This document shows, one piece after another, positions 24,331 to 37,104 of a DNA stretch of 64,000 nucleotides; position 1 is the stretch's first letter, and each line of letters opens with the position of its first letter. The translations under genes and the position numbers were made by a program. Source of the stretch: Eledone cirrhosa (Eukaryota); NCBI GenBank assembly GCA_964016885.1, contig OZ024745.1, forward strand, positions 20,026,001 through 20,090,000, given 5' to 3'. The notes beneath the pieces are model-generated. The model had not been told where the DNA came from, searched no databases, and saw only the letters and a program-made list of their open reading frames with translations.

Positions 24331-25478
24331 CTGTACTTCTTTGTTAGTGCAGGCATTGAATATTAGATTGAATACTAGATTGTACATTCACCTCATCTCA
24401 TCCATTGCTCTTGCTCAATGGAGCTGGGATCATCCTGATCAGCAGTCCCACAGGCACCATTGTGTGGAGAGCCGACATAATGTATATTAGATATTACAAA
24501 ATTTGAACTGTAACTGTGAAGTCAGAAATATGATACCTCACACGTTATGATTGTTTCAGAATTCTTCTGATTTAGTAGGAACATCAAGGTTACTTCATTT
24601 CTTTCTTCTCACATATGAAAGTATTAGTCTGTTGTAGGAGAGCTAGACTATAAGAGTATATATACCAATCCCTGATGGATAAAAGATAGGGAAAGGTTAT
24701 TGATGAAAATTAAAAAAAGCATATGCAGTTGTTAATCTTTTCTATCAACAAGAAAAAGATTGTTAACAGATTGTACTGTTTTGTCTTGGCTTTTACCAGT
24801 TATGAAACATTCTAGGGAAAATATGTCAGTGATGATGATGATGATGTTGGTGGTAGTGATAAGTGAAATCTTAAATTAGCATAGACCCTTACTCAAGGGC
24901 AGCACTGTTTTGTTTTGACATTGATGGATATTTCACCTAAGGAATATAATGAGTGTTCTCTAAGTTACAATTGATTTCTTAGGAATAGACTGGCTAAATT
25001 AAATAAGAGTATTTTTTTTGCTTGATATTTCCTATAACCTCACAAATGTCTGTAGAGGTGTGATAAAAGGTGATAGTCTGGTTGTAGAGTCTGGAGTGTT
25101 TCCGTTTATTTAAGACTTGCATTGTGGAGAAGGAGACGCCATTGGTCTGTATTAGTTTATTTGGGCTTTTCGGCTTTCTTATATAAACAGGACTCTCAGT
25201 TTAATAAACAGCGTTGTTATGTTGTGTCTTTGTCAAGGTAATTTTGTAGATTAATTTTTGAACTGTTAACTATAATGAATGACTTTAGTCTTTGTTTTGA
25301 AACATCTGAAAGCTTTGATATTGCTTGCTCACTTTGGTTCATGTTAAAGCTAGCTATTTTCTTTTATCTTCCCTATTTTGGTCACTTTTATACCTGCTTA
25401 CTGTAACCATTTCTTCATCTTGACAAAACTAAACAAATCTCATTCTAATTAGTATATCTTTAAACTAAAGAGTGTGCA

Positions 25479-28400
25479 TCTGATTTAGAATAGATCCTGT
25501 ATATATCAGGTTTAGAATAGGTCCTGTATATATCTGGTTTAGTATAGGTCCTCTATATATCAGGTTTAGAATAGGTCCTCTATATATCAGGTTTAGTATA
25601 GGTCCTCTATATATCAGGTTTAGAATAGGTCCTCTATATATCAGGTTTAGTATAGGTCCTCTATATATCAGGTTTAGAATAGGTCCTCTATCTGGTTTAG
25701 TATAGGTCCTCTATATATCTGGTTTAGTATAGGTCCTCTATATATCTGGTTTAGAATAGGTCCTCTATATATCTGGTTTAGAATAGGTCCTGTATATATC
25801 TGGTTTAGTATAGGTCCTCTATATATCAGGTTTAGAATAGGTCCTCTATATATCAGGTTTAGAATAGGTCCTGTATATATCTGGTTTAGTATAGGTCCTG
25901 TATATATCTGGTTTAGTATAGGTCCTCTATATATCAGGTTTAGAATAGGTCCTGTATATATCAGGTTTAGAATAGGTCCTGTATATATCTGGTTTAGTAT
26001 AGGTCCTGTATATATCTGGTTTAGTATAGGTCCTCTATATATCTGGTTTAGTATAGGTCCTGTATATATCTGGTTTAGAATAGGTCCTGTATATATCAGG
26101 TTTAGTATAGGTACTGTATATATCTGGTTTAGTATAGGTTCTCTATATATCTGGTTTAGGATAGGTCCTCTATATATCTGGTTTAGAATAGGTTGTGTAT
26201 ATATCTGGTTTAGTATAGGTCCTCTATATATCTGGTTTAGTATAGGTCCTGTATATATCTGGTTTAGAATAGGTCCTGTATATATCTGGTTTAGAATAGG
26301 TACTGTATATATCTGGTTTAGAATAGGTACTGTATATATCTGGTTTAGAATAGGTCCTGTATATATCTGGTTTAGAATAGGTCCTGTATATATCTTGTAT
26401 ATATCCTGTATATACAGGATATATACCTGTATATATCTTGTATATATCCTCTATATATCAGGTATATACCTGTATATATCTTGTATATATCCTCTATATA
26501 TCAGGTTTAGAATAGGTCTTGTATATATCTGGTTTAGAATAGGTACTGTATATTTTTGGTTTAGAATAGGTCCTCTATATATCTGGTTTAGAATAGGTCC
26601 TCTATATATCTGGTTTAGAATAGGTCCTGTATATATCTGGTTTAGTATATATCCTCTATATATCAGGTTTAGAATAGGTCTTGTATATATCTGGTTTAGA
26701 ATAGGTACTGTATATTTTTGGTTTAGAATAGGTCCTCTATATATCTGGTTTAGAATAGGTCCTGTATATATCTGGTTTAGTATAGGTCCTGTATATATCT
26801 GGTTTAGTATAGGTCCTGTATATATCTGGTTTAGTATAGGTCCTGTATATATCTGGTTTAGTATAGGTCCTGTATATATCTGGTTTAGTATAGGTCCTGT
26901 ATATATCTGGTTTAGTATAGGTCCTGTATATATCTGGTTTAGTATAGGTCCTGTATATATCTGGTTTAGAATAGGTCCTGTATATATCTGGTTTAGTATA
27001 GGTCCTGTATATATCTGGTTTAGTATAGGTCCTGTATATATCTGGTTTAGTATAGGTCCTGTATATATCAGGTTTAGAATAGGTCCTGTATATATCTGGT
27101 TTAGAATAGGTCCTGTATATATCAGGTTTAGAATAGGTACAGTATATTTCTGGTTTAGAATAGGTCCTCTATATATCTGGTTTAGTATAGATCCTGTATA
27201 TATCAGGTTTAGAATAGGTCCTCTATATATCTGGTTTAGGATAGGTCCTCTATATATCTGGTTTAGGATAGGTTCTCTATATATCTGGTTTAGAATAGGT
27301 CATGTATATATCTGGTTTAGAATAGGTCCTCTATATATCTGGTTTAGAATAGGTACAGTATATATCAGGTTTAGAATAGGTACTGTATATATCTGGTTTA
27401 GTATAGGTCCTGTATATATCAGGTTTAGAATAGGTACTGTATATATCTGGTTTAGAATAGGTCCTGTATATATCGGGTTTAGAATAGGTACAGTATATTT
27501 CTGGTTTAGAATAGGTACAGTATATTTCTGGTTTAGAATAGGTCCTATATATGTGGTTTAGTATAGGTCCTGTATATATCTGGTTTAGTATAGGTCCTGT
27601 ATATATCTGGTTTAGTATAGGTCCTGTATATATCTGGTTTAGTATAGGTCCTGTATATATCTGGTTTAGTATAGGTCCTGTATATATCTGGTTTAGAATA
27701 GGTCCCGTATATATCTGGTTTAGTATAGGTCCTGTATATATCTGGTTTCGTATAGGTACTCTATATATCTGGTTTAGAATAGGTCCTGTATATATCTGGT
27801 TTAGTATAGGTCCTGTATATATCTGGTTTAGTATAGGTCCTGTATATACCTGGTTTAGTATAGGTCCTGTATAAATCTGGTTTAGTATAGGTCCTGTATA
27901 AATCTGGTTTAGTATAGGTCCTGTATATATCTGGTTTAGAATAGGTCCTCTATATATCTGGTTTAGAATAGGTCCTGTATATATCTGGTTTAGTATAGGT
28001 CCTGTATATATCAGGTTTAGAATAGGTCCTGTATATATCTGGTTTAGAATAGGTCCTGTATATATCTGGTTTAGTATAGGTCCTGTATATATCTGGTTTA
28101 GTATAGGTCCTGTATATATCTGGTTTAGTATAGGTCCTGTATATATCTGGTTTAGAATAGGTCCTGTATATATCTGGTTTAGAATAGGTCCTGTATATAT
28201 CTGGTTTAGTATAGGTCCTGTATATATCTGGTTTAGAATAGGTCCTCTATATATCTGGTTTAGAATAGGTCCTTTATATATCTGATTTAGAATAGGTCCT
28301 GTATATATCGGGTTTAGTATAGGTACTGTATATATCTGGTTTAGAATAGGTCCTCTATATATCTGGTTTAGAATAGGTCCTGTATATATCAGGTTTAGTA

Positions 28401-29036
28401 TAGGTCCTCTATATATCTGGTTTAGTATAGGTCCTCTATATATCAGGTTTAGAATAGGTCCTGTATATATCTGGTTTAGTATAGGTCCTCTATATATCTG
28501 GTTTAGTATAGATCCTGTATATATCAGGTTTAGTATAGGTCCTGTATATATCTGGTTTAGTATAGGTCCTCTATATATCTGGTTTAGTATAGGTCCTCTA
28601 TATATCTGGTTTAGTATAGGTCCTGTATATATCAGGTTTAGTATAGGTCCTGTATATATCTGGTTTAGAATAGGTCCTCTATATATCTGGTTTAGAATAG
28701 GTCCCGTATATATCAGGTTTAGAATAGGTCCTGTATATATCTGGTTTAGAATAGGTCCTGTATATATCTGGTTTAGTATAGGTCCTGTATATATCTGGTT
28801 TAGTATAGGTCCTGTATATATCAGGTTTAGAATAGGTCCTCTATATATCTGGTTTAGTATAGGTCCTCTATATATCTAGTTTAGAATAGGTCGTGTATAT
28901 ATCTGGTTTAGTATAGGTACTCTATATATCAGGTTTAGAATAGGTCCTGTATATATCAGGTTTAGAATAGGTCCTGTATATATCTGGTTTAGTATAGGTC
29001 CTGTATATATCAGATTTAGGATAGGTACAGTGTATA
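25479..29036. repeat. 27-bp minisatellite, ~130 copies
   Basis: Unit ggtttag(a/t)ataggtcct(g/c)tatatatc(t/a). Confidence 0.97.
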
Positions 29037-29151
29037 TCTCTGCATATTGTTAGAAGGGTTGGTGTCAGGGAAGGGTATATGACTGTAAAACATTGCCTAA
29101 AAAAGTTCCGACCAATTTATGTCAGTATGGAAAAGTTGAGAGAATAATAAT

Positions 29152-29341
29152 TGTTTCTACTTAAGGCACAAGGCCAGCAATTATCCCAGTGTATTACTGG
29201 TACTTTAATTTACCGACCCCGTAAGGATGAAAGGCAAAGTTAACCTCGGCGCGATTTGAACTCAGACCATAAAGGGCCGTAACTCTATGCTGCAAAGCAT
29301 GGCGTCCGACCCTCTACCGATACTGCCAATCCACTGCCCTT
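29152..29341 (-). mobile_element. Young full-length Nin/Deu-domain SINE with a target-site duplication
   Basis: CpG-rich copy; gttgagagaataataat at 29135-29151 and 29342-29358. Confidence 0.88.
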
Positions 29342-29552
29342 GTTGAGAGAATAATAATAATGATGATGATGACTAACTGGATTTTGTTTGTGTAGTAATT
29401 TCTGTTAGTACATGACTATCTCCTCCTTCATTTCAAATGTTTACTTCTAGGATATTAAGTTGTCTAAAAAAACTAGTTTTCTATTATTGCATGTTTTTCT
29501 TATCATAACATGGTACCATAATTGATCATAGACCTTTCCTTACATCTTTTAT

Positions 29553-29757
29553 TCATCATCATCACCACCGTTTTACATCCCCGTTCTTCCACGCTAGCTT
29601 GGGTTACACGGGTTGTCCTGTTGTGGGCAGTGTCCAATCAGCTGACCTTGTCTTGCTCATACAGGAACTGATTCTGGCTTCATTTCTACAGCTGGATGCC
29701 CTTCCTAACACCAACCTCATTTGCTGTGAGTGCTGGGTGCTTTTTTTCTGTGGCACC
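29553..29757 (-). mobile_element. RTE 3' tail copy
   Basis: (cat)n followed by the reverse complement of the tail; close to 34995-35190. Confidence 0.8.
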
Positions 29758-31819
29758 TAGACTTTGATTGAAAATATGTATTTGTATCAATATATTACTT
29801 GATTGATAATGCGGATGATGCAGATTTTGAGTTAGCTTGAACTTGGCACAACTCTAGAAAACATGTTAAAATTAGAATTGAGTAACAATTGTATCAGCAT
29901 GTAATATATAACATGCTGGTACAAAATACTCTTGTAAAACTGATATGGTGTTCTTGTATTGAAACTTAACCCTTTCATGACCTTATTTCTAATGAAATGT
30001 ACTATTTCAATAAATTAATGAAGAATTTTGAGGGATTTATTAAAATTACTTTGGCAGTAACTGAACATTTAGTTCTCATATAAAATTATGTGGAAAAGAT
30101 ATTACCGAATGTACTTGAATACCCCCCCCCCCCAAATTTTATGTCTGAGAAATGGGCAAAAATCCAAACACCATTTATATAACAAGGCAGCTAATCAACA
30201 CATTATGTTTAGATGGTGAATATAAGCCACCCACCCCCGTTTTACCATCAAATTTTTGGTCACATATTCTGAGTATATATAGTAATTTAAATAGGGACCC
30301 TGGATGTTTTTGTTTCATAGAATCAGAACTGGCTTTGGCTAGGTTGGTATCAAAGGGATATTAGATATTTTGAAAGTTATAAATATTTTCTTAATGACAT
30401 TGCTGCTAAGAACAGTTGTATTGTCAATTAAAAGCGTTGGGTAAGTGCTTTTACTCTCCTAATTAACCCTTTCATTACTACATTTCTGATGGAAATATGT
30501 TCTAATTAAAATTTAAAATAATCATGAATTTTAAGCAGTTTTGTAAACCAAACGCTAGCTTTTTATTATGTTTATTAATAAAATGTGATGTTTGCAACAC
30601 AACTTAACATAAATCATAAATCTAAATTTAGTGAGATATAAAATTATTTCAATTTCGTTTGAATGCCATCATTTTATGTTCATTTTTCCATGCTGGAATT
30701 GGTTGGAATATCAGAATATAAAATGGCTTATTAGCTAATAATAATCATCTGGGATGAATAATAATAGAATTGTGCATATTTATTGTTTTCATTTGAACTG
30801 GAGTGCCTACGAAACAAACTACATATAAAGGTATATTAACATGAAATACTGAAATTTATCAAAATGAGTGGGAATTACAATATAAAGCCACAACAACGCA
30901 TGCAACGTTTATAAAAAAAAAAAAATGAGAATGATGTAAATTTTAAAATAAAGAGATATGTGTGTGTCCACAGCTTCTAAGTCTTTGCAAGTGTGACCGG
31001 ACTAAAGTAGCAATCCTAAAATGATATTTGTCTTTGGTTATGGTAAAGAAGTGAATAATTTCAAGACCACACTGTATCCTAAGTCACATTTATAAGTGCA
31101 GTTGTCTCTTCTCTCTGTATAAAAGTGAAAACCATAACAGTACCCAATGTCCACCTCATAGATCTTCCACAAACTTATTATACCACCATTTCCCATTTTC
31201 CTGGCTTGTCTGCCATATATTAGTAAAAATATATCTGAGCCTACCACTCTTACTGCCTACGCACAGTACTTTCTTTGGCTTGTAAAAGAATAAAAAAAAA
31301 AAAATCAGCAACAAATTCTTTTATGCATTGCTTAAGAGCAGGGTAGGTCTTGTTTCTAAATGGTGAGTCATAATTCTATTCTTTGTGTACTGGTGTTTGG
31401 CTAGTGTCATGTATGTGAAAATACTGACATAGCTTTAAAATAAAATACAAAATTGCACTTGGGTTATTTATGCTCAGAACAAACCACTGAAAGGTCCATT
31501 GATGCTGCAGTGGTTGGTTAAACTTGGCACCTTCTTAATGCATAATATTCAGAGCAAAAAGAACTAACCACATTTTACCCAGGTTTGCAGGGTTTTATGA
31601 ATTGTAAGAACCCCCCCCCCCCCACACACACACACCCTGGTTTATATTGTCTTTAGTGATTAGTCTCCACAGTTATTGATTTGGAACAACACACCATCAT
31701 TTGGTCAAGCTTTATACTGATTCAGCATAAATAAGAGGAAATAATCAATATTTGTTATTTGAAAAACACTGATTGGGCCTGGTTTCTTCTGAACATTTTT
31801 GAAGAGAAATATCACCACT

Positions 31820-32040
31820 CCCCACCAATAGTGAGGTTGCAAGTTTAATTCCTGGACCAAGGGATACTTGATATCCTTGAGCAAGGCATTTTATTTTGAT
31901 GTTGCTTTTTCTGCCAGGAGTTGTGACTGGTAGATAGTATTAGCAATGGAAAGACTAATGGAAACATTGTATCCTTGGTTCGATTTGACGTGTTCCACCC
32001 CACATGGTAAGTGAATGAAGTCTGGGATCTTGTTGATTGT
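31820..32040 (+). mobile_element. tRNA-derived SINE, same family as 4248-4473
   Basis: Shared tail ctgccaggagttg..agcaatggaaagac..gttccacccca..cttgttgat. Confidence 0.7.
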
Positions 32041-33153
32041 TTTCTAAAAATGAGACCCAGGGATAATGTGTACCTATTCTAAGAAACTGGGATACACAAA
32101 CATAAAAAAAAAAATATGTAAACATTAATTGAAAAGGTTTGAAATGATGTGTGCATATGAATTTTCATAAAATTGTAGTATTCTCAGCAAAAAGTCAGGT
32201 TAAGATCTAACCACATATTGAATGGAGAGTGGGAGAGAAAGAGTCTAAATCATTTAATTTAATATTTGAAATTACAACATTCTTGCTTTCTCAATCATTG
32301 TCCAAGTTATTTTTACTACCAGGAAATATCTAATTTGAAATGCACCATGTGGTTGTGTTTAAAGAATCTTTCATTTGCAACACCAAATGAAATCCTTCCT
32401 ATTTCAGAATCACTACTACTGAAGCTGGTATCCATTTTCCAAAAGGTAGAAAAGCTGTAGAAAGGATAACAGAAGTGATGTGGAAAATATCTTTAAATCA
32501 TATCTAGAAATGTTGGGTGGTGGAACACAATTTATCTAGTTAAATCCTGTTAGAGTGTTACTAGTAATACTGTAACAGTGTTTATGTCACTGATAGATGA
32601 ATGTGAACATCTCAGATGTGGTGGTGGTGGGGTTTGTTATTATTTGGTGTTATTTTACTATGACAGAGGTATCGGGTGGTTTGGTAATGGAAGGGTTAAA
32701 TCGTGTTCGGCATGAACAAGATATCTGCTTAGTCAAGAGTATGGGGTATGGTACTGCTTTTCTGAGATATAGAAGCTGTGTTGTATTTTATTGTTTTGAT
32801 TGTGGAAAATACAGTATGTGTTTCACAAACCTAATTTTTATATAGTGGGAACACCAACTATGTAATGCCAAGGTGTCTCAACTTATTTTCAGAAAGAAGT
32901 CATTTTTACTTCCATAGCCAGTTACACTATTGTTAGAGTAATTGGACCATGTATTCTGTAAGCTTATTAATTGCTAAACAACATAAAGTAATGGAGTTGC
33001 TAATAGTCTGAAAACATCTACCACAAGACTTAATCCTGTTAATGTTTGGCTGCTCATAGTTTTTGACTGTAGAGGGGCTTCTATTGCAGTTATCATCTCA
33101 AATTCTTCACAAGCTGAGGAGGAAGGTATGGCATTAATTGTTTTGATTTGATA

Positions 33154-33382
33154 CCAGGGTTAGCTGAAAAGGTCATAGGCTAACCAAGATACTCTCATAG
33201 AATGACCAATTGAGGTTTATTTTTCAACATAGTCCCTGGAAAGAAACAATGCAGTTATTAATAAGAAGAGTTGAAATTAATGAAACAATGCAGTTATTAA
33301 TAAGAAGAGTTGAAATTAATGATTTCACAGCTCTAGCAGCACTCCTTCATAGTCAGCCTATGAACTTTTCAGACTACTCTCC
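33154..33382. mobile_element. Mariner-type MITE, family M1, with an internal 39-bp duplication
   Basis: TIRs with TA flanks; gaaacaatgcagttattaataagaagagttgaaattaat occurs twice. Confidence 0.8.
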
Positions 33383-34087
33383 TACCATATCTGGCTAATT
33401 CACTAAACTCACCCTGAATTCAGAATAATTTTGATACAAACTAGAATTTGTTAGTATTGCACCAGAACAACAAACAAACAATTTCTCAGACATCGACTTT
33501 CGAACAAGTACATCAGTGGGCAAGTTATAAATAAAATTTAAAAAACATCTAGAAATGATAACTTCTAATTGCTTTTCTATTTGGAAACCTGTTGTTAAGT
33601 ATATCGAAGTTCTTTTATGAGACCAGCTGCTGTGTTTTATTGTTAAAAGTGACATGCAATGTTGTTGATCTTACTACAACTGTTTCACAAGCAACAGGCT
33701 TTTTATAAATCTTGATCTATTTCAGTAGTAAACTTTAATGATTATAGACTTATTTTTCTATGTAAAATTAAAATAAAGATAATATAAAATAAAATGAACA
33801 TTTATGAATGTAATTCTTAATCTTCGGATTATTTAGACTTTTTAACCTTTTCGATACTAATCCACTCAAAACTGGCTCTGGTTCTATGAAATAACCACAC
33901 ATTTTTAAAGTGTTCCTATTTAAAACTGAAACTTTACAACATCATTTTATACAAGAATCATATGTTAAGTTTATACTAGTAATGAAATAATTAATAATTT
34001 TAGTAAATATCTCAAAATTCTCCATTAATTAATTGTAATACAGTATATTTCATTAAAAATACAGTCATGAAAGGGTATTGTTTTGTT

Positions 34088-34119
<32 letters not shown>

Positions 34120-34176
34120 AGTATATGTCTTAAAGAAGAAGATATTGAAGAAAATGTTTAATTTTATGAAACATAG

Positions 34177-34461
34177 CACCAGTATGGCAGTGGTTAAGGA
34201 GTTTTCCACACAACCATGTGGTTCTGATTTCAATACCATTGGGTATGTGCCTTGGCTTGACAAATACTTTGTCAATGGAATTTCTTAGGTGGAAATTGCA
34301 GAATCCTGTTGCGTGTGTTTATCCAGAGCGTATTTATCTGGTTTAGGATAGGTATACCATATCATAAGAAGCAACTAGAAGGGCATCAGGCTGTAAAACA
34401 TTCCTTCTAAAAGTCCAGTCTAACTCATGTCAGCATAGAAAAGTTGATGAAAGGATGATGA

Positions 34462-34462
<1 letters not shown>
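34177..34462 (+). mobile_element. Degenerate tRNA SINE with an RTE-like tail, carrying a single copy of the 27-bp monomer
   Basis: Head atggcagtggttaaggag; tatttatctggtttaggataggta; tail ctgtaaaacatt..atgtcagcatagaaaagttga..gatgatg. Confidence 0.6.
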
Positions 34463-34492
<30 letters not shown>

Positions 34493-34831
34493 TTGTATAT
34501 ATATTATTAACGAAGATCACTGATACTATGTCAACAGTCCCTAGACAATGTCTAGCTCACTCAATAAATCTGCCAAGTTGCATTAACGCAACTACAACAA
34601 GCAGTTCAGAGTGCACACATTTTAGTTATTAGCAGGTATGGTGGCTGTGTTTGGGTAGAGATAATATATATATAAAAAAAAACGAATGACATATATATAT
34701 ATATAAACATATCAAACATTAAAACAGGTGATAACTTGCAAAGAATTTCTTTGAATTTTTTCTTTGAGATTCTTTTGCAGGTGATATAGCATGTGTGTGT
34801 AATTTTCTGACATGACTTCTTTATTTGTTTT

Positions 34832-34884
<53 letters not shown>

Positions 34885-34904
34885 CTGAAGCATATAGACA
34901 ATAT

Positions 34905-35190
34905 GCCCCCATTCCCTCCCACTGCAAAGTGGTCATGGAGGTGTCATGACAAAAAAGCACCCAGCACACACTGTAAAGTGGTTGTGTAGGCGCCACAGAA
35001 AAAAAGCACCTAACACTCACTATAAATGAGGTTGGTGTTAGGAAGGGCATCCAGCTGTAGAAATGAAGCCAGAATCAGTTCCCGTATGAGCAAGACAAGG
35101 TCACCCGACCTAACATTGTCCACAACAGGACAACCCGTCTAACCCATGTTAGCATGGAAGAACGGACGTAAAACGGTGATGATGATGATG
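34905..35190 (+). mobile_element. RTE 3' UTR/tail copy
   Basis: ggttggtgttaggaagggcatccagctgtagaa..cccatgttagcatggaag..(gat)n. Confidence 0.8.
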
Positions 35191-35250
35191 ATATATCCAT
35201 GCTAGCATGGGAAAATGGAGGTTAAACAGTGATAATGATATGTATGTTTG

Positions 35251-35283
<33 letters not shown>

Positions 35284-35348
35284 ATACAAACATACATATC
35301 ATTATCACCGTTTAACCTCCATTTTCCCATGCTAGCATGGATATATCA
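35189..35348. repeat. Near-perfect inverted repeat (68-bp arms, 1 mismatch) built from RTE-tail ends
   Basis: 35189-35256 is the reverse complement of 35281-35348 except A35228/C35309; the spacer is (TA)n/(TATG)n. Confidence 0.93.
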
Positions 35349-35945
35349 GTTGGTGCTACTGGTAACATGTATCCCAGTACAACCTGTCTCATAGTCGGGT
35401 CGTTGGCGACTAAACTGGCAACCCCACCAAGGTTTCTTGGTGAGGAGGGTGATTTTGGACATCCTGCAGGACTAAAAACAAAACCTGTCAAAGGGCAAAG
35501 GAGCTCTTAAGAGTCAATGGCCACCCAAAATCACCGGGAAAGATGACCCCTTAGCCTTTGTCAAGGCAGAATTCTAGGAGAAGGAATACTCTGATATAAC
35601 ACCTGCATCCCTGATGGTATCCAATGATGTTGACTTGTTCTTCTTTTTGGTAAATATCATCTTGGTTAAGAGAGTGGGACTGGCTTTGTGCAGTGCCTTT
35701 GCTCACTATAAAAGCTTCACGGCACAGGCATTGCTTTATATCTGGAGATCTCTCTGCACTTGTCGTCACATGGTACCATGGGCCCAGCACTATGTGTCAA
35801 TAATTGTCACAAGTGTAGTGTTTGTACCAGAGTTTTCAAGTCACTGGCTGGACTAAAAAGTCACACTCGTTCAGTGCATCGGCAGGGGTTCTCCTACATG
35901 GATATAAAGTAGTGGCTGTACTCGAAAACGAGTTGGCAGCCACTA
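35349..35945 (+). mobile_element. Internally deleted (bipartite) RTE-derived non-autonomous element
   Basis: 5' part has an RTE 5'UTR-like motif (ggagaaggaatactctga). 3' part encodes a C2H2 finger, CSVCTRVFKSLAGLKSHTRSVH (35814-35879), then a stop and a short hairpin, ctcgaaaacgag. Confidence 0.6.
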
Positions 35946-36711
35946 TATATGTATGTATGCATATATATATATACATGAGTGTGTATGTGTGTTTATATTT
36001 GTGTCTGTATTTATGTCCCATAACTTAGCAGTTCAACAAAAAGAGAATGAAAAATGAAGTACCAGATTTGGGTGGGGGGTTACCGGGGTTAACATTATCA
36101 ACTAAATCAAGGTGGTGCCCCAGCATGGTCATAGTCTAATGACTGAAACCAATAAAAGATAAGATTAAAAACAACAAAAACTAAAATCCAACCTAAACAC
36201 AATAATTTAGCTAACATTATTATTCATTGTAAAATTTGTGTAAGTGATGTGCCAATCTTTCTGGTCTTTACCCCTTGTTATTTGAGTTAAAAGTGTACAT
36301 TGACGGAAATGGAATGCTTGATATTCAGTCTAGGTCTAGTAATCACATAAGTGCATCGGAAACAAGGTAATATGACATTATTGATCACTGGCTCCTTACT
36401 CTTTCAAAGCCATCAACAGGTTATATACATTCGGCTGTAATTTAAAGTCAGGCTAGGAAAAGGTATGAAATGAATCAATAACTGCTCTAACTCAGCTGAT
36501 CAACTATTGTTATTCCGATTTCTTCTTTTTCTTTTCCTGCTTCTTCCTTTTGTATACCTGCCACAAGCATTCAGTTGTATTGTTCAACTCCCACCCCACC
36601 CTGTGTTCTTAAAACCAAATTTCAAATTACTCCCTTTCCCCGAGAATATATTGTTATTTGCGAGCTCATCTTTTTTTCTGACTTTCTTCAAGAGATTAAT
36701 GAAGTAGTTCA

Positions 36712-37010
36712 CTTGTTCTCCCTCTGCTCTGTTAGATTTCTACAGTTATAACACTTCTCTCTCTCTCTCTCTCTCATCATCACTCTTTCTCTCTCTCTCT
36801 CTCCCTGTTAGATTTCTACAGTTACAACACTTCTCTTTCTCTCTCTCTGTTAGATTTTTACAGTTATAGCACTTCTCTCTCCTCTCTCCCCTTCTCTCTC
36901 TTCCCCTCTCTCTCTCTCTATGTGAGACTTTTACAGTTATAACACCTCTCCCCTTCTTACTCTCTTTCATTCACTCTCTCCCTCTCTATCATTCTTACTC
37001 TCTCTCTCTA
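36712..37010. repeat. Compound repeat: gttagatttctacagttataacactt alternating with (CT)n
   Basis: About 4 units seen directly. Confidence 0.75.
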
Positions 37011-37104
37011 CTATAAAATGTATTTCCATTTTATTGGCTTTTGTAATTTTGTAGTTGAATTTGATGACCTCTGCTATTTCTACTTTCTTGTCTGTCCACA
37101 GTCG

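Noticed and set aside
26395-27874. 388-aa and 107-aa ORFs (WFSIGPVYI)n
   Set aside because: 27-bp SINE-derived minisatellite with frameshifts.
35814-35879. Host C2H2 zinc-finger gene exon
   Set aside because: Single finger followed by a stop and a retroelement-like 3' end; better explained as an RTE C-terminus.
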